From the NCBI GenBank assembly GCA_963707265.1, contig CAVPOZ010000004.1, positions 1,228,577 to 1,292,576 on the forward strand: DNA of 64,000 bases, read 5' to 3'. Below the pieces are notes generated by a model. That model saw only the letters and a list, made by a program, of their open reading frames with translations. It did not search any database and was not told the DNA's origin. The first letter of the stretch is position 1. Every line of letters starts with the position of its first letter. This DNA is from an uncultured Alphaproteobacteria bacterium (GTDB lineage Bacteria > Pseudomonadota > Alphaproteobacteria > Sphingomonadales > Sphingomonadaceae). The translations under genes and the position numbers were made by a program. Of the stretch, positions 49,069-64,000 are shown piece by piece.

Positions 49069-49156
49069 ATTTCCTCACAATCCGCCCGAGGACGCGCCGA
49101 CTGGTTTGAAGCGGCGCCGGGGCAGGTTTTGGCAAAGTGATAAAGGGTGAAGTGAA

Positions 49157-49633
49157 ATGGCGAGCGACAAGGTGCCGATGCTGGCCGAGGGCTATCGCCA
49201 GCTGACCGACGATGTGAAGCGGCTCAAGCTGGAGCGTCCCGAGGTCATCGAGGCGATCGAGGAGGCGCGCGCCCATGGCGACCTCAGCGAGAATGCCGAA
49301 TATCATGCCGCCAAGGAGCGGCAGGGCCAGATCGAGGCGATGCATCGCGGACATTGAGGACCGGCTCAGCCGCGCGCTGGTGATCGATCCTACGACGCTT
49401 GTCCGGCGACAAGGTCGTGTTCGGCGCGACCGTCACCCTGCTCGACGAGGACGACAAGAAGGTCCGCTACCAGCTGGTCGGCCAGACCGAGGCCGACGCC
49501 CGGGTTGGGCGGATCAGCTATAACTCGCCGCTCGGCCGCGCCCTGATCGGTCGCCAGAAGGGCGACGAGGTCGATGTCTCGACCCCGGCGGGCGACCGCT
49601 ATTACGAGATCGCCAAGATCGAGTTCATCTGGA
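49157..49633 (+). CDS. greA: Transcription elongation factor GreA (indels)
   Basis: [38 protein letters not shown]. Confidence 0.93.
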
Positions 49634-50261
49634 TGCTGCCACTGCGGAGCGCGACCGCGATCATCGCCCTCGATTACGGTGGCGGTGTCGGCGATCGCGA
49701 TCTTCGGCGGGCTCGATTATTTCGTGGCGATGGGCGGGTTTATCCCGGCCCGGCTGTCGGGCCTGCTGCAGCTTGCCGGGCGCGCTGCCGGCGTGGCTGA
49801 CGCCCTGGTCGCTCGGCACTGCTTCACGGCGGTTGGCTTCACCTCTGTCGTCAACATGCTGATGCTGCTGTTCGTCGGCATCCAGGTCGAGCGGGTGATC
49901 GGCGGCGTCGGGCGTCCTACTCGCCTACCTGGTCGGCGCCATCGTCGCCGCCCTGTCGCAATTTGCGGTCGATCCGTCGAGCGCGATCCCGATGGTCGGG
50001 GCAAGCGGAGCGATCAGCGCCTTGTTCGGCCTCTACGCGCTGTTCTTCGGCCGGCCCAAGCAGGTGACCGCCAACCAGAAGGTCAACCGCTGGATCCATG
50101 CCGCCTGGCTGCTGGCGACCTGGGTCGTGCTGCAGTGGATGTCCGGGATTCTGGCGGGCGGGCAGGGCGTTATGCTGGCGACGCCCGCTCACATCGGCGG
50201 ATTTATCGCCGGGCTGCTGCTGCAGCGCCCGCTGCTGCTGTGGCGGTACCGGAAGGCTTAA
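49633..50261 (+). CDS. Rhomboid-family intramembrane serine protease (indels)
   Basis: [12 protein letters not shown] catalytic Ser, AHIGGFIAG catalytic His. Confidence 0.83.
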
Positions 50262-50506
50262 GCGTTCGAGGCGTCCTTGGGGCGCGAGATGCCGTCCATG
50301 CCGGGCTCGAGCAGCCGGTGGAGATGGACCACGACATATTTCATCTCGGCATCGTCGACCGAGCGCTGGGCGGCGGCGCGCCAGGCTTCCTCGGCGGCCG
50401 CATAGCTGTCGTAGAGGCCGACCAGGTCGATATGCTCCAGGTCGACGAATTCCAGGCCCTGCGGGTCCTTGACCCGGCCGCCGAAGACGAGGTGAAGCTT
50501 GCTCAT
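50258..50506 (-). CDS. DUF4170 domain protein
   Basis: LHLVFGG..VG.Y..Y..A..AW...AQRSVD.A.M.Y..VHLHRLLEP. Confidence 0.85.
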   Translation of the reverse strand: MSKLHLVFGGRVKDPQGLEFVDLEHIDLVGLYDSYAAAEEAWRAAAQRSVDDAEMKYVVVHLHRLLEPGMDGISRPKDASNA

Positions 50507-50551
50507 GACCGGCCCGCTAGCATCAAAAGCGGCGCTTGCGAACCGGCCAAT

Positions 50552-50982
50552 TCATTGTCTCAGCCCTTGTTGCGGACCGCGCCGAGCGCTGCCTCGCCCG
50601 ATGACCTGGCTGCTTCGCCGCAAGCCGTCGACCAGCGATTGGACGGCGCTAGCGCCAGCGTCGCGCGTGATGTTGAGCTCCGACAATTTCTCCCGGCCGG
50701 CCTCCTTGGCGGCGCCGGCCGCCGCGCGGGCGCCGTCGGTGATCCGTCCGCCGACCTTGCCAAGGACGCGATCCTCGACCTGCGTCTTCGGGAGCAATGC
50801 GGCAATTACGCGCGCCTAGCGCCAGACCGCCGCCCAGGGCGAGCAGTGGAGCATTGCCGAGGCCTTCCTTGGCGTCGTTCCGCGCCACCGAAGCGCGCTC
50901 GCGTGCCGTGTCGTAGGCTTCGATCGCCCGCTCGCGCAGGGACGGGGCGGCGGGGGCTTGGTTGGTCTTCCTTGGCACTCAT
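50552..50982 (-). CDS. Membrane-anchored general-stress-type hypothetical protein (indels)
   Basis: ..NAPLLALGGGLALGA..LLPKTQVEDRVLG; last gene of a coupled four-gene operon. Confidence 0.65.
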
Positions 50983-51400
50983 GTCGCATTCTCCACAGTC
51001 TTCTTGGCCGCGCGCTTGGTCCGGGCCGGAGCCGAGCGCGCCGCCGCGCCGGCGGCGGGGCCGGCTTGTCCTTGGCCTTCAACGCGGCAGCCTTGCGCTT
51101 GGGTTCCTTCGATGACGTCATGGCGTCGTACAGGTTGACCACCGCATCCTTAATCGGTTCCCGCGCAAGGAACATGGTCAAAGCGGCGACCACGCCGCCG
51201 ACTGCGACAGGCCGTTTCTTGACCGCATCGACCGCATCCTCGGCAAGGTCGGCGCCCTTGATCTTGGCCTTCTCCCACGCCTCGTTGGCCAACGACTTGG
51301 GCTGCAGGCGTTGCTGCAACTCCTTGGCCGTGTCGAGCAGGGCGGCGCGAGTCCGCTCCACCTCGATCCGGGCTGCGAAAACCTTGGGCGGGTCGATCAT
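50979..51400 (-). CDS. DUF3618-like protein
   Basis: EVERTRAALLDTAKELQQRLQP; TM segment and basic tail; ATGA overlaps with neighbours. Confidence 0.7.
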
Positions 51401-51733
51401 TTGAGCTTTCCCAATTCCCGCATCGCCAACAGGAACAGGCCGTAGGCGATGCGCGAATGTGACCAGCGCTGCGATCAACCCACCGGCCAGCGGGCCGATC
51501 AACGTCGCCAGCGCAAGCGCCGAGGGTCATGCAGAGCACGACCACGCCGGCATCAGGAAGAGGAAGGCGGCCGCGCCGAGCAGCGCCGGCTTCTTGGCCG
51601 CCTCCGCCTTGGCTTCAGCGCTGGCCTTGGCAAGGCCCAGCTCGGCCTTGGCATAGGCCTTGCCCTCGTCGATCAGCTGCCCGAACAGCTCGCCGATCGG
51701 CTTTTCATCCTCGTCGTCGCCCCCGTCCGCCAT
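51397..51733 (-). CDS. YqjE / holin superfamily III-like membrane protein (indels)
   Basis: IGELFGQLIDEGKAYAKAELGLAKA followed by two TM helices. Confidence 0.72.
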
Positions 51734-51736
51734 ATG

Positions 51737-53664
<1,928 letters not shown>

Positions 53665-53738
53665 GCCACGGAAAATTTTCTGTGAATCCAATGACGAAAG
53701 CGCTTGCCTTCATGGCGTCTTTCTGATTCTTTGAACAT

Positions 53739-54054
53739 ATGAGGGGGAAGCCCAAGAGCATCGGACTGATCCGCCGCGCGGCATGGCCCGCGGTGGCGTT
53801 GCTCGTCGTCGGTACTTTTGCCGGCCATGCCATCGCCGGACAAAATGGGCTGTTCGCCTGGCGCGGCTATTCGCGACCAGCTCGAAGCCCGCAAGATCGA
53901 ACTGGCGGCACTGGAGGCCGAGCGCAACCAGCTGCGCCATAAGTCGGCGCTTCTCGATCCGCGCAAGGCCGATCCCGACCTCGCCGACGAAATGGTTCGC
54001 AAGGACCTCGGCATGGTCCGCTCCGACGAAGTCGTCGTTCCGCTCGACAACTGA
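53739..54054 (+). CDS. ftsB: Septum formation initiator FtsB/DivIC (indel)
   Basis: TM + G.NG + coiled coil + [14 protein letters not shown]; eno-ftsB-pdhA synteny. Confidence 0.85.
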
Positions 54055-54141
54055 ATAGCTATTCGCTGACGCTACGGCATTGCCCTTTCGGGCCTGCCGC
54101 TCCTATAGCGCGCCCGACACGTGAAAAGAGTGGAGAGGTAA

Positions 54142-55199
54142 GTGGCGAAAACCGCCCGCAAGGCCGCGCCCCGCAGCACGGCGCCCGCGACCCCAAATCG
54201 GGAACGCCCGAAGGAGCCGCAGCGCTACAAGGCGTCGAAGGACGAGCTGCTCGATTTCTACAAGCAGATGCTGCTCATCCGCCGCTTCGAGGAGCGGGCA
54301 GGGCAGCTTTACGGCCTCGGCCTGATCGGCGGCTTCTGCCACCTCTACATCGGCCAGGAAGCGGTCGCGGTCGGCCTGCAGTCGGCGATGAAGGTCGGGC
54401 GCGACAGCGTCATCACCGGCTATCGCGACCATGGCCATATGCTCGCCTATGGCATCGACCCCAAGGTGATCATGGCCGAGCTGACCGGGCGCGCAGCCGG
54501 CATTTCCAAGGGCAAGGGCGGCTCGATGCACATGTTCTCGCGTCGAGCATGGCTTCTACGGCGGTCACGGCATCGTCGGCGCGCAGGTGTCGCTCGGCAC
54601 CGGCCTGGCGTTCAAGCATCAATATGCCGGCGACGGCGGCACGTGCCTGGCCTATTTCGGCGACGGCGCGGCCAACCAGGGCCAGGTCTATGAAAGCTTC
54701 AACATGGCAAGCTGTGGGACCTGCCGGTGATCTACGCGATCGAGAACAACCAATATGCGATGGGCACCAGCGTCGAGCGCTCGGCCTCCGAGCCCGACTT
54801 CTACAAGCGCGGCGAAAGCTTCCGCATTCCCGGCATCCAGGTCGACGGCATGGACGTGCTGGCGGTTCGCGGTGCGGCCGAAGAGGCGATGGCCTGGACC
54901 CAGGCGGGCAAGGGCCCGATCATCCTCGAGCTGCTGACCTATCGCTATCGCGGCCACTCGATGTCCGACCCGGCCAAGTACCGCACGCAAGGAAGAGGTG
55001 CAGGACTATCGCGAGCATCGCGACCCGATCGACCCATGCCGCCGCGGAACTGGAGAAGCTTGGCGTCAAGGAAGACGAGCTCAAGGCAATCGACAAGCAA
55101 ATCAAGGACATCGTGGTCGAAGCTGCGAAGTTTGCTGAGGATGCGCCGGAGCCCGACGCCGGCCGAACTGTACACCGACGTGCTGGTGGAGAGCTACTG

Positions 55200-55200
<1 letters not shown>
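54142..55200 (+). CDS. pdhA: Pyruvate dehydrogenase E1 alpha (indels)
   Basis: [40 protein letters not shown]. Confidence 0.95.
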
Positions 55201-56615
<1,415 letters not shown>

Positions 56616-56623
<8 letters not shown>

Positions 56624-57252
56624 GCCGCAGCGGGACCGCGATCTCGTTCGGCTCTATTGGCCAGCCGAACTTCGTCCTGCCTTCGATGCGCTGTTCGCAA
56701 TCGACGATGCGCTGGCCGAGATTGTTGCGACCTCGACCCAGCCGGCATTGGGTGCGATCCGGCTGGCCTGGTGGCGCGAGGCGCTGGAACGGCTCGACGC
56801 CAATCCGCCACCGCCCGAGCCGCGCTTGCAGGCGGCTGCGGCGGAACTGCTGCCGCGCGGCGTTTCCGGCGCGATGCTCGCAGGCCTTGAAGATGGCTGG
56901 GCGGCGCTGCTTGACGAGCACCCTGACCCGGAGAGGCTGGCAAAGCGGGGAGCAATATTATTTGAGATTGGCGCCAAGCTACTCGGAGAATATGATCAAC
57001 TGCTGGAACCCGCAGGGCGGATTTACGCCTGCGCAGTAGCCATGCGAGCGGGCCTCGACTTGGAACTTCGATCGTCGGACGAGATTCGCAAACTCTGCTC
57101 GCCACCGATTCCCTAGAGCGTTGCGACCCCTTACGGCGCTGGCGCGACTTGCTGCTCGAGACGTAAAGCAGGCGCCCATCCAGGAGCCGGAGGCCACGCC
57201 TGGAAGGGCTGCAGCGTTACTATCGCATCGGCTGTTCGGAATCATTGCGTAG
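56616..57252 (+). CDS. Squalene/phytoene synthase-like (NDUFAF6-like) protein; start unresolved, indel near 57110
   Basis: [28 protein letters not shown]; no in-frame ATG visible. Confidence 0.55.
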
Positions 57253-57319
57253 GCGGATTGAATTCGCCCGGCATTGGTCCTAACAAAGTCTGCCGGATCG
57301 CCCTTTATTGGAGGGGCGA

Positions 57320-57763
57320 ATGGCCCGTATCCTGGCTGGCGTTACTGCATTCATCCTGCTCCTGACCGGTGGCTTGCTCATCTGGCAGGGGCGAGCCGAG
57401 GAGCCGATCATTCCACCTGCGCCAAATCCGCGCCTTGCAGCCATTCCGGGACCGATGACGCTATCGGCAATCCCTGCGGCGCCCGAAGCGGATCCCAAGA
57501 GCAAGGAAGAGAAGCGTTTCGCCCGTGCCGACAAGGACGACAATGGGCGGATCAGCCTCGCCGAACTGGTGGAGCCACGACGCAAGGCGTTTGCCAAGCT
57601 GGATCTCAATCATGATGGCAGGCTGAGCTTCGAGGAATGGGCGGTAAAGACGATCGACAAGTTTGCCAGCGCGGATGCAGACAAGAGCAAATGGCTGACT
57701 GCGGCGGAATATGCCACGACCGCGCCAAAGCCGGCACGCAAGAAGCCGGTGTGTAGCTGCTGA
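57320..57763 (+). CDS. Membrane-anchored EF-hand protein
   Basis: N-terminal TM; [36 protein letters not shown] loops. Confidence 0.85.
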   Translation: MARILAGVTAFILLLTGGLLIWQGRAEEPIIPPAPNPRLAAIPGPMTLSAIPAAPEADPKSKEEKRFARADKDDNGRISLAELVEPRRKAFAKLDLNHDGRLSFEEWAVKTIDKFASADADKSKWLTAAEYATTAPKPARKKPVCSC

Positions 57764-57826
57764 GTATCTCCTCCCGTTGGGCCCTACGAAAGTAGTACTT
57801 TCGTGGGAACCCTTTGCGGGAGGGGG

Positions 57827-59223
57827 TTAGAGGGTGGGACTGCCGCTGAATGCGGCCCCCGACGCTTCGACGGCAATCCCACCCTCGTCCGCCGTGGCCT
57901 GCAGGTCCGGGCCGCCAAGCCAATCCTTCAGCGCAGCCCTTGCCCGGTCGGTGTACATCCGCTTGCGATCGGATTTCTTGCTGCGACCGGGGATCGGCGG
58001 CATCAGGCCGAAATTGACGTTCATCGGTTGATAGGTTTCCGCGTCTGCGCCGCCCGTGATGTGGCCGAGCAGAGCGCCAAGCGCGGTCTCGGGAGGCGGA
58101 GCGGAAAGGGTGCGGCCCTGCGCTTCGGCCGCCGCAAAACGAGCAGCGAGCAGGCCGATCGCGGCGCTTTCGACATAGCCTTCGCAGCCGGTGATCTGGC
58201 CGGCGAAGCGGATGTGGGGCATCGCCTTCAGGCGCAAGCTCGCCGTCGAGCAATTCCGGCGAACGGATGAAGCTGTTGCGGTGGATTCCGCCGAGGCGGG
58301 CGAATTCGGCATTTTCCAGGCCTGGAATGGTGCGGAAGATGCGGACCTGCTCGCCATGCTTCAGCTTGGTCTGGAAACCGACCATGTTCCACAGGGTGCC
58401 GAGCGCATTGTCCTGGCGCAGCTGGACCACCGCATAGGGCCAGCGGCCTGTGCGCGGGTCGTCGAGACCGACGCCCTTCATCGGGCCGTAGCGCAGCGTT
58501 TCGACACCGCGCGACGCCATCACCTCGATCGGCATGCAGCCTTCGAAGTAGGGCGTGTCCTTCTCCCACTCCTTGAACTCGGTCTTTTCGCCCTCGTTCA
58601 GCGCCGCGACGAAGGCCTCATACTGGTCCTTGTCCATCGGGCAGTTGATGTAGTCCTTGCCGCCCTTGTCCCAGCGCGCGGCCATCCAGCAGACGTCCAT
58701 GTCGATGCTGTCGCGGTGAACGATCGGGGCAATGGCGTCGAAGAAGGCGAGGGCGTCGCTGCCCGTGACCTTGGCAATGGCGTCGGCCAGGCCGGGCGCG
58801 GTCAGCGGGCCGGTGGCGACGATGGTCGAGCCCGACGGCGGCAGGGCGTCGACCCGTTCGCGCACCACCTCGATGTTCGGATGAGCGGCGATCCGCGCGG
58901 ATACTTCGGCGGCAAAGGCTTCGCGGTCCACGGCCAGCGCCGATCCGGCCGGCACGCGATGCTGGTCGGCCGCCGCCATGATCAGCGAGTCCGAGCGCCC
59001 GCATTTCCTGGTGGAGCAGGCCGACCGCATTATTCTCGGCATCGTCGGAGCGGAAGCTGTTCGAGCAGACCATCTCTGCCAGCCGGTCGGTCTCGTGCGC
59101 GGGCGTCATGTCGCCACCACCGCGCATTTCGCTCAGACGTACCTTGAGGCCTGCCTCGGCCAGCTGCCAGGCGGCTTCTGATCCGGCCAGGCCACCGCCG
59201 ATGATATGGACGTCATGGGACAT
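57827..59223 (-). CDS. trmFO: tRNA (uracil-54) methyltransferase TrmFO (indels)
   Basis: [58 protein letters not shown]. Confidence 0.95.
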
Positions 59224-59257
59224 GGCGCTCCCCTAAGCCTTCACCTAAAATGCGTCC

Positions 59258-59699
59258 ATGCGCATCTTCACCATCGGTTATGAGGGAACGACCGTGGTCG
59301 AGTTCATCGACTGCGCTTCAGCAGGCGGGTGTCGAGCGGGTCATCGATGTTCGAGCAGTCCCTCTGTCGCGAAAGCCCGGCTTTTCCAAAAATATCCTCA
59401 GGGCCGGACTGGCCGAAGCGGGGATCGACTATGTGCATCTGAAGCCGCTCGGCACGCCGCCGGATGGCCGTGCGGCGGCGCGGGCAGGCAAGCAGTCTGA
59501 ACTGGAGCACATCTATGCCGCGCAGCTCGATTTACCTGAAGCAATCGTCGCCGCGCAGCAGATGCTGGAGCTGGCGGAAGCGAAGCCCAGTGCGTTGCTC
59601 TGCTTCGAACGCGACCCCTTGGCCTGCCACCGAAGCCTGTTGCTCGCAGCGGTAGCCAGCGACGCAGATATAGTGCACCTCTTCCCAAGTGACGCGTAG
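59258..59699 (+). CDS. DUF488 family protein (indel)
   Basis: IFTIGYEG, DVRAVPLSRKPGFSK, LLCFERDP..CHR. Confidence 0.87.
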
Positions 59700-59800
59700 C
59701 GGCCTGTATTATTCGCCCTGACACGGGAGACATCGGTCTCGCGCTCGTGAGTATGCGTAAGCGTACAACCATCAGTGAAAATCCGGGAAGGGGCGAATAT

Positions 59801-60355
59801 ATGACCGACCAAAACACCGGCGGCGAAGTCCGCAGCGCTGTCCACAAGGCTTCAGGCGGGGTGATCCTGTGGGGCATCATCGTCGTTCTGGCGGGAGCAT
59901 GGTCCATGCTTTCGCCGATTATCACCGTGAAGGCCGTCTCGATTCTCCTTGGCATCGGCATTGGCATTTCCGGGGTGTCGGCGCTGGCGTCGGCCTTCAA
60001 GGACGAAGGTGCGGGGCACAAGCTCCTGGATATCCTGCTTGGATTGGCCAGCCTGCTCGCCGCATTCTTCCTGATTTTCAATCCAGTTGGTGGGGCGCTG
60101 ACGCTGGGATCGGTAGTCATGATCCTACTGTTCGCGCGCGGCTTGATCAGCCTGTTCCTGGGCTTCCAGGCTGCGAATGGCAGAAACTGGATCTTTCTGT
60201 CGGCCGCAGTCGACCTGCTTCTGGCCTTCCTGCTTTATCGCATGGGACCTGCAGGCGCTGCTGTAACCATCGGCCTATTTGTCGGGCTAAGCCTGATCAT
60301 CTGGGGTTTCAGGATGATCATCGCAGGGCGTTTTGTCCGCGCGCTGACCAACTGA
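59801..60355 (+). CDS. HdeD/DUF308 family membrane protein
   Basis: About 6 TM helices, WGII..AG..P, IGLFVGLSLIIWG. Confidence 0.78.
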   Translation: MTDQNTGGEVRSAVHKASGGVILWGIIVVLAGAWSMLSPIITVKAVSILLGIGIGISGVSALASAFKDEGAGHKLLDILLGLASLLAAFFLIFNPVGGALTLGSVVMILLFARGLISLFLGFQAANGRNWIFLSAAVDLLLAFLLYRMGPAGAAVTIGLFVGLSLIIWGFRMIIAGRFVRALTN

Positions 60356-60365
60356 TTTGACGGCT

Positions 60366-60393
60366 TGGGGCGTTCCGCGGGCGGAGCGCCCCA
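60366..60393. terminator. GC-rich hairpin between convergent genes
   Basis: TGGGGCGTTCCGC-gg-GCGGAGCGCCCCA. Confidence 0.55.
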
Positions 60394-60400
60394 GTCGCGA

Positions 60401-60895
60401 CTAGCCATGGTTCAATAGGCGGCAGGGCGCTTCCGCCTTCGTCTCGCTGACGATCAGCGCTTCGATGTCGGGGATTGGCCGGCCGGTCATTTCCTTGGGA
60501 ATTTCGCAGACCAGACGTCGCTCGGCTTCCTTGTGCAGTTTCTTGCGAATAAGGCCCAGCGTCTTCGGCGGGGCGATGATCGCCAGATGGTCGAAGTCGT
60601 TCTGGAGCGCCCGCCTGTTGACCTCTTCCGTCGCGGATTGAGCCCAGCGATCCTCCTCCTGCTGGTGGAAGTCCGTCTCTTCATAGGCCGGGCGGCCGAA
60701 CCCTCCCGACTGGGCGTTGGAGCCGGCGGCGTCGGTCTTCAGCTCGTAGTTGGACAGGTCCTCGCGCTCATCGAACGCTTCCGTACGGAGGTCGATCTGG
60801 TTCTGGTCGCCATGGTTGCGGAAGAAAAGCGTCTTGCGGCCGTCGGTGACAAGGACGAGGGCATTGTTGGCGAGCGGCATCGGCTTCTCCTTCAT
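60401..60895 (-). CDS. Host attachment protein family (AtsE / baeRF12-like)
   Basis: VLVTDGRK.LF.RN.GD, EETDFHQQEEDR, LAIIAPPKTLG, EIPKEMT. Confidence 0.82.
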   Translation of the reverse strand: MKEKPMPLANNALVLVTDGRKTLFFRNHGDQNQIDLRTEAFDEREDLSNYELKTDAAGSNAQSGGFGRPAYEETDFHQQEEDRWAQSATEEVNRRALQNDFDHLAIIAPPKTLGLIRKKLHKEAERRLVCEIPKEMTGRPIPDIEALIVSETKAEAPCRLLNHG

Positions 60896-60913
60896 GGATA
60901 ATCTCCTCAAACC

Positions 60914-60939
60914 AACGCGCCCCCTGACGCCCGCGTTCC
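60914..60939 (-). promoter_or_regulatory. EcfG general stress promoter
   Basis: Minus strand GGAAC-N17-CGTT directly upstream of RBS. Confidence 0.8.
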
Positions 60940-60942
60940 GCG

Positions 60943-63710
<2,768 letters not shown>

Positions 63711-63985
63711 GGTATTTCCTGTCGTTCTGTTGCGAAATGATGCGCGGGGGAATCGCCGCCTAGCGGAAGTCGTACCCCCGCGAACCTGCTAGCCGATAGG
63801 GGCGGTGAGCGCCACCCCACGCGCGTAGCGCACGCGCGCGAGGCGGACCGGTTCAATTGGCGTTCAGCACCTTGTCACCATTGGCGCTTTTCGCGGCTGG
63901 ACAAGGCGGCTATGGGCATGTTCGGCAACAAATTCACAAGATCGCGCCCGCCGCAAAGGACGAGCCGGCGCAACAGGAGAATGGC

Positions 63986-64000
63986 ATGAAATTGACCCCC
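63986..64000 (+). CDS. Start of an ORF running off the window
   Basis: AGGAG followed by ATG AAA TTG ACC CCC. Confidence 0.35.

Noticed and set aside
51397-51733. Holin-family gene as a sign of prophage
   Set aside because: YqjE-like host family in a stress operon; no phage genes nearby.

Overview
This is a GC-rich alphaproteobacterial chromosome segment. Gene content, synteny and REP-type repeats point to Sphingomonadaceae. Most of it is core genome: addB-addA-trxA-secA, putA, tRNA-Asn, NAD kinase, an EAL protein, mfd-sdhE, recG, tyrS, namZ, MoxR/vWA, rpoD-dnaG-yqeY, carA-carB-greA, eno-ftsB-pdhA-pdhB, trmFO and gyrA. Many essential genes are broken by single-base indels, most likely uncorrected long-read errors, so I give them joined coordinates and their boundaries are approximate. 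An accessory block at about 31.5-39.7 kb holds the strongest candidate for an undescribed system. It is a tightly coupled three-gene operon: a CAP12/Pycsar-type TIR domain fused to a beta-rich C-terminal domain, an uncharacterised His-rich putative amidotransferase-fold protein, and a glutathione S-transferase, with no cyclase in the window. Other notable items: a 50-aa antisense membrane-protein gene between addB and addA that the ORF track misses; tandem soluble chemoreceptors splitting a MoxR-vWA pair; an orphan pspC with a sigma54 promoter; a highly structured intergenic region inside a segment bounded by direct repeats; two EcfG general-stress promoters; and CGTC-type REP elements. I saw no CRISPR array, integrase or transposase. 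All product calls come from motif recognition, not database searches.
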